Shown piece by piece: positions 8,252 through 11,140 of a DNA stretch of 11,140 nt. Under the pieces are notes generated by a model, which was given only the letters and a program-made list of their open reading frames with translations, did no database searches and had not been told where the DNA came from. This DNA is from Promethearchaeati archaeon (GTDB lineage Archaea > Asgardarchaeota > Heimdallarchaeia > JABLTI01), in NCBI GenBank assembly GCA_013166835.1, contig JABLTI010000089.1, forward strand, positions 1 through 11,140. The letters are read 5' to 3'. Within the stretch, counting starts at the first letter, position 1, and each line of letters starts with the position of its first letter. A program made the position numbers and the translations under genes.

Positions 8252-8400
8252 GTTATCTTGAAATCTTAGCTTACATTTCAGTTGGAATAATTACTTTCAG
8301 TTGGATTCTTGTTCTTATATTTGATATTAGGAAGAAAATCATTGACAAAAAAGCAGAAAAACCTATCATAGAAGTGAACCTGGAGAGTGAAATTATTTGA
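8248..8400 (+). CDS. Small single-pass membrane protein (50 aa), absent from the ORF track
   Basis: MSYLEILAYISVGIITFSWILVLIFDIRKKIIDKKAEKPIIEVNLESEII. It has an ATGA start/stop overlap with the permease, a GGAGG SD 7 nt upstream, and a TM helix followed by a basic stretch. Its TGA overlaps the next start codon (TTGA). Confidence 0.8.
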   Translation: MSYLEILAYISVGIITFSWILVLIFDIRKKIIDKKAEKPIIEVNLESEII

Positions 8401-8579
8401 ATGAAATTGCAACACTTGTCACAACAACTATGGGATTAGCGATCATTTTGTTAGTCTGTATTTTACTATTTGGGTTTATTGTTGCAGATCTATTAAAAAA
8501 TATCAAATTCAAAAATCTTGGAGAGCCCGGAAAAAAGATTGTTAGTTATTTCAGTAAGAAGGATAAAGAGTTAGATTAG
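8397..8579 (+). CDS. Small single-pass membrane protein (60 aa)
   Basis: The TTG start overlaps the upstream TGA (TTGA 8397-8400). The TM segment MGLAIILLVCILLFGFIVA is followed by a Lys-rich tail. Confidence 0.7.
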   Translation: MNEIATLVTTTMGLAIILLVCILLFGFIVADLLKNIKFKNLGEPGKKIVSYFSKKDKELD

Positions 8580-8604
8580 ATGAATACCTTTTGGGGGTTC
8601 TAGA

Positions 8605-10002
8605 ATGAAAAAGAGAATGCAATCTTTTGCGAAATGGGGTGAATCAAGTACTTTTCAAAGAATAACTTTCATTACCATTATTGTGTCAATCCAAATCCTC
8701 TTTGTTATAACAATTCTCTATTATCATTACTTCATAAATCCTAATTCAAGTTACAATAACGATTCTTGGACAGAGTTAACTCTTGATACAGATAGATTAC
8801 CAAATGGTGATACTCTTGTGACTAGTTCTCCCATAAAGGTGACAGGTGATATTGCTAAGAATCCAAAAACAGCTTCAATTTACTCGGAAATGAATCAATT
8901 ATATCTTTTGGATCCAAATGGAACTATTAAATGGCGATAGACGGGATTTTCTTTTCCTCATGAAGTTGAGTACATTCAGTATCAAGAGAATTATTACTAT
9001 TTTATTGCTGATACAAATAATGATTCTGCTAAAATGTTCGATTTCGATTTCAATTTGATTTGGGAGTTCCAACCAGATCTTATTAATTGGACTGAGATTA
9101 ATCCCGCGTGGGGAGCTGATTCCTATTACAATAATCCAATAGATTATGGGTGGACTCATTTAAACGATGTTGACTTCCTATTTGGTTCAGAACATAATAC
9201 AACATACGATTCTCTACTCATATCAATTAACAGGTTTGATTTGGTTCTTCTATTGAATTTTACTGCAGAATTTAATGAGCATCTCGTAGGAGATGATTTT
9301 GGCTCAGTTGAAAATATTTATTGGTGGTATGGTCCCGGGGAAATAAATCTCCAGCATAATCCAGACATGTTACCCAATGGCAACATTATAATCTGTGACA
9401 GCCATGGAGGAAGAGTAATTGAAGTGAATAAAGCCACAAAAGAAATTGTTCATACTATTAGTTCAGCTGGCGGTAAATCGTTTGTTATTGTAAAAGATGC
9501 AGATTACAATCCCATAAACGACAACTATCTCATCACTGATTCTGGAAATAACCGCATAGTCATTATTGATAATACTGGAGAGTTACTTTGGGAATGGAAA
9601 AAAGATTTAGCAATTCCTTATGAAGCAGATTGGTTAGAAAATGGAAATATTCTGATCTCAGGAGCTACTTCAGGAGTAATACAAGAAATCTCATTTCTTG
9701 ATGCTAAAGTTGTATTGTCTTATTTTGCAAATTCTGGGAAGGATTTCTATGTTATCACTACTAGAACAGTTTGTATTTTCATACTGATTATTTCAAGTTT
9801 AACTTTTACAAATAGATTATTGATTATTTTAAAACTAAGAAAAACTGAAGAAACATTTAGTATATGGCAATGGGTCAGACTAAGCTTGTCTATTATCTTG
9901 TTTTTCGCATTTCTTTTCCTAAGTATATTTGCGAGAAGAATTGTATATAGTGTAACTTTTATTGTGCTAGTAACATTACAAAGAAGACGTGGAATAACCT
10001 AA
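8605..10002 (+). CDS. Membrane-anchored arylsulfotransferase (ASST)-like beta-propeller protein, 465 codons, interrupted by one in-frame TAG at 8938-8940 (pseudogene, sequence error or readthrough)
   Basis: Track ORFs 8605..8940 and 9034..10002 are in the same frame. The 31 codons between them are open and encode propeller sequence (TGFSFPHEVEYIQYQENYYYFIADTNNDSAK). Motifs include DTDRLPNGDTLVT, WTHLNDVD, LQHNPDMLPNGNIIICDS, DADY...YLITDSGNNRI and PYEADWLENGNILIS. There is one N-terminal and at least two C-terminal TM segments. Confidence 0.82.
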
Positions 10003-10026
10003 AAAAGATAAAAAAAGGAAAAAAAG
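10003..10026 (-). terminator. Putative archaeal-type oligo-T terminator for the convergent minus-strand gene
   Basis: Several T5-T7 runs on the minus strand, beginning about 17 nt after the stop at 10043. Confidence 0.5.
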
Positions 10027-10042
10027 TAGGATTGAAATAAAA

Positions 10043-11140
10043 TTACCATTTCTCTGTAATTTCTTTCAACCACAATTCTGAGGCAATTTCTGATGCAGCT
10101 CGATATGAATCATCATCATTAATTTTGCCTGCCTCAATTCCAGCATAGATTTGCTGAGTGATAGTAAAGATTGTTTTTAGAACAATGTCCATTTGTTTTG
10201 GTATATCTTCGCTTGTAAGTAGAGCTTCTAAGTTTTCTAGTATGCCTGTATTGAAATCATTGGCATCTTTAAATCGTTTATCCAATAATGCTGTCAGTGA
10301 GTTTTGTGTTAATTCTATAATTTGAACGAAATTCTTTTGTTTATCTCTTGGGAATTGCTTAACAAGTTTCTCAATAGATTCAACTTCGGTAATTTCATAG
10401 AGAGGATCAATTGGTGGTCGAGTATCAGTCACAGGTTCGATTGGAGGTTGAGTTTCAGTAATTGGTTTCTCATCAACTGGAGGATAAGCTTCAGTAGCTT
10501 GTGCTAAGTAATCCACTGGTTCATCTGGAGTTACTTGTTCTTGTTGGTAGAAATCTGTAGGTTCTGGTGTTAGTTCTACTGTCTCGAATCTCTCGTCTTC
10601 GCAATCGTCTACAAGTTCCATGCTATCTGTAAGACCGAAGTGTATTTGAACAAGGATATTTGCTCCTCTAAAAGTATCTTGAGTAATGAGTAAATCTTCT
10701 TGTTTCAAAATGTGATCGTAATCATACTCGAAAGCTTTAGTGAATTCAATGATTTTCTCTTTATGAATTGGCTTAATTGAATTTAGCATTAAAACAGCGT
10801 CACCATGGTTACCTGGACAGATGAGCACTTTCTTTTCTCCAATATCTACAGTTTGGAGTTTCATCTTGGATTTTTCACCAGTGATTTCCTCTAAGACTCC
10901 TCGAATGCCAGCCATAGCTCCACCAAAAAGCATATCTCCTTTCACTTCTTCAGGCTTATTCATCATGTAAACACATGGTAAACCATTGAGAATGTAAGCA
11001 ACTGTCACAATTTCATTTTTCCATCCAATGTTTACTACTTGTTTTCTAATGGTTATACTAAATAGTATCACAAGTAAGATTACTAATGCGCTACCTGCTG
11101 AAACATAAATTATGTTGTTTCCTTGCAAGATCCAAGGAAC
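10043..11140 (-). CDS. C-terminal part of a membrane protein: TM helix, longin/roadblock-like domain, acidic Pro/Thr-rich linker and helical domain; 5' end lies beyond the window edge
   Basis: The frame stays open upstream of the track's TTG to the window edge (VPWILQGNN...). The TM segment is IIYVSAGSALVILLVILFSITI. AYILNGLP...DMLFGGAMAGIRGVLEEITG...LQTVDIGEKKVLI...EKIIEFTKAFEYDY resembles longin-like domains common in Asgard archaeal proteins. Confidence 0.8.
   Translation of the reverse strand, partial: VPWILQGNNIIYVSAGSALVILLVILFSITIRKQVVNIGWKNEIVTVAYILNGLPCVYMMNKPEEVKGDMLFGGAMAGIRGVLEEITGEKSKMKLQTVDIGEKKVLICPGNHGDAVLMLNSIKPIHKEKIIEFTKAFEYDYDHILKQEDLLITQDTFRGANILVQIHFGLTDSMELVDDCEDERFETVELTPEPTDFYQQEQVTPDEPVDYLAQATEAYPPVDEKPITETQPPIEPVTDTRPPIDPLYEITEVESIEKLVKQFPRDKQKNFVQIIELTQNSLTALLDKRFKDANDFNTGILENLEALLTSEDIPKQMDIVLKTIFTITQQIYAGIEAGKINDDDSYRAASEIASELWLKEITEKW
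10401..10460. repeat. Imperfect 2 x 30-bp tandem repeat within coding sequence
   Basis: agaggatcaattggtggtcgagtatcagtc vs acaggttcgattggaggttgagtttcagta, 23/30 identical. It encodes approximately TETQPPIEPV / TDTRPPIDPL. Confidence 0.75.

Noticed and set aside
4074-8579. Genome-wide reassignment of TAG to a sense codon
   Set aside because: TAG ends 3 of the 11 genes with a visible terminal stop (4076, 6382, 8579) at natural-looking C-termini, and no other gene has an internal TAG. It is not strictly excluded, since short readthrough extensions are possible, but nothing supports it.
8899-10507. Track ORFs 8899..9159 (-) and 10322..10507 (+)
   Set aside because: Antisense shadows. The + frame across 8899-9159 carries the propeller motifs.
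11126-11128. TTG 11128 as the true start of the last gene
   Set aside because: The frame is open to the window edge and there is no SD upstream, so the gene probably starts outside the window.
1-11140. CRISPR arrays, tRNA/rRNA genes, IS elements or prophage genes
   Set aside because: No spaced direct repeats, GC-rich structured RNA-like segments, or transposase/integrase motifs were seen. Intergenic gaps are short and AT-rich.

Overview
AT-rich, gene-dense prokaryotic window, most likely from an archaeon of the Asgard group. This is inferred from a membrane protein with a longin/roadblock-like cytoplasmic domain, GGTGA/GGAGG ribosome-binding sites, oligo-T terminators and a sequon-rich surface protein. 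The left end carries a glycyl-radical locus on the minus strand: a short activating enzyme and a trans-4-hydroxy-L-proline dehydratase (HypD, 1..2292, missing from the supplied ORF track because it runs off the window). Divergent from it is a flavin-reductase-like gene with a C-terminal PCP_red-like domain. The middle holds a PqqB-like MBL-fold protein, two hypothetical proteins (one possibly PH-fold) and a YciI-family protein. The right part is a probable + strand operon: an L-lactate permease family transporter, two translationally coupled small single-helix membrane proteins (one missing from the track), and a membrane-anchored arylsulfotransferase-like beta-propeller gene interrupted by a single in-frame TAG. 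The right end is the C-terminal part of a membrane protein with a longin-like domain. I saw no RNA genes, CRISPR arrays or mobile elements. All family calls come from reading motifs by eye, not from database searches.
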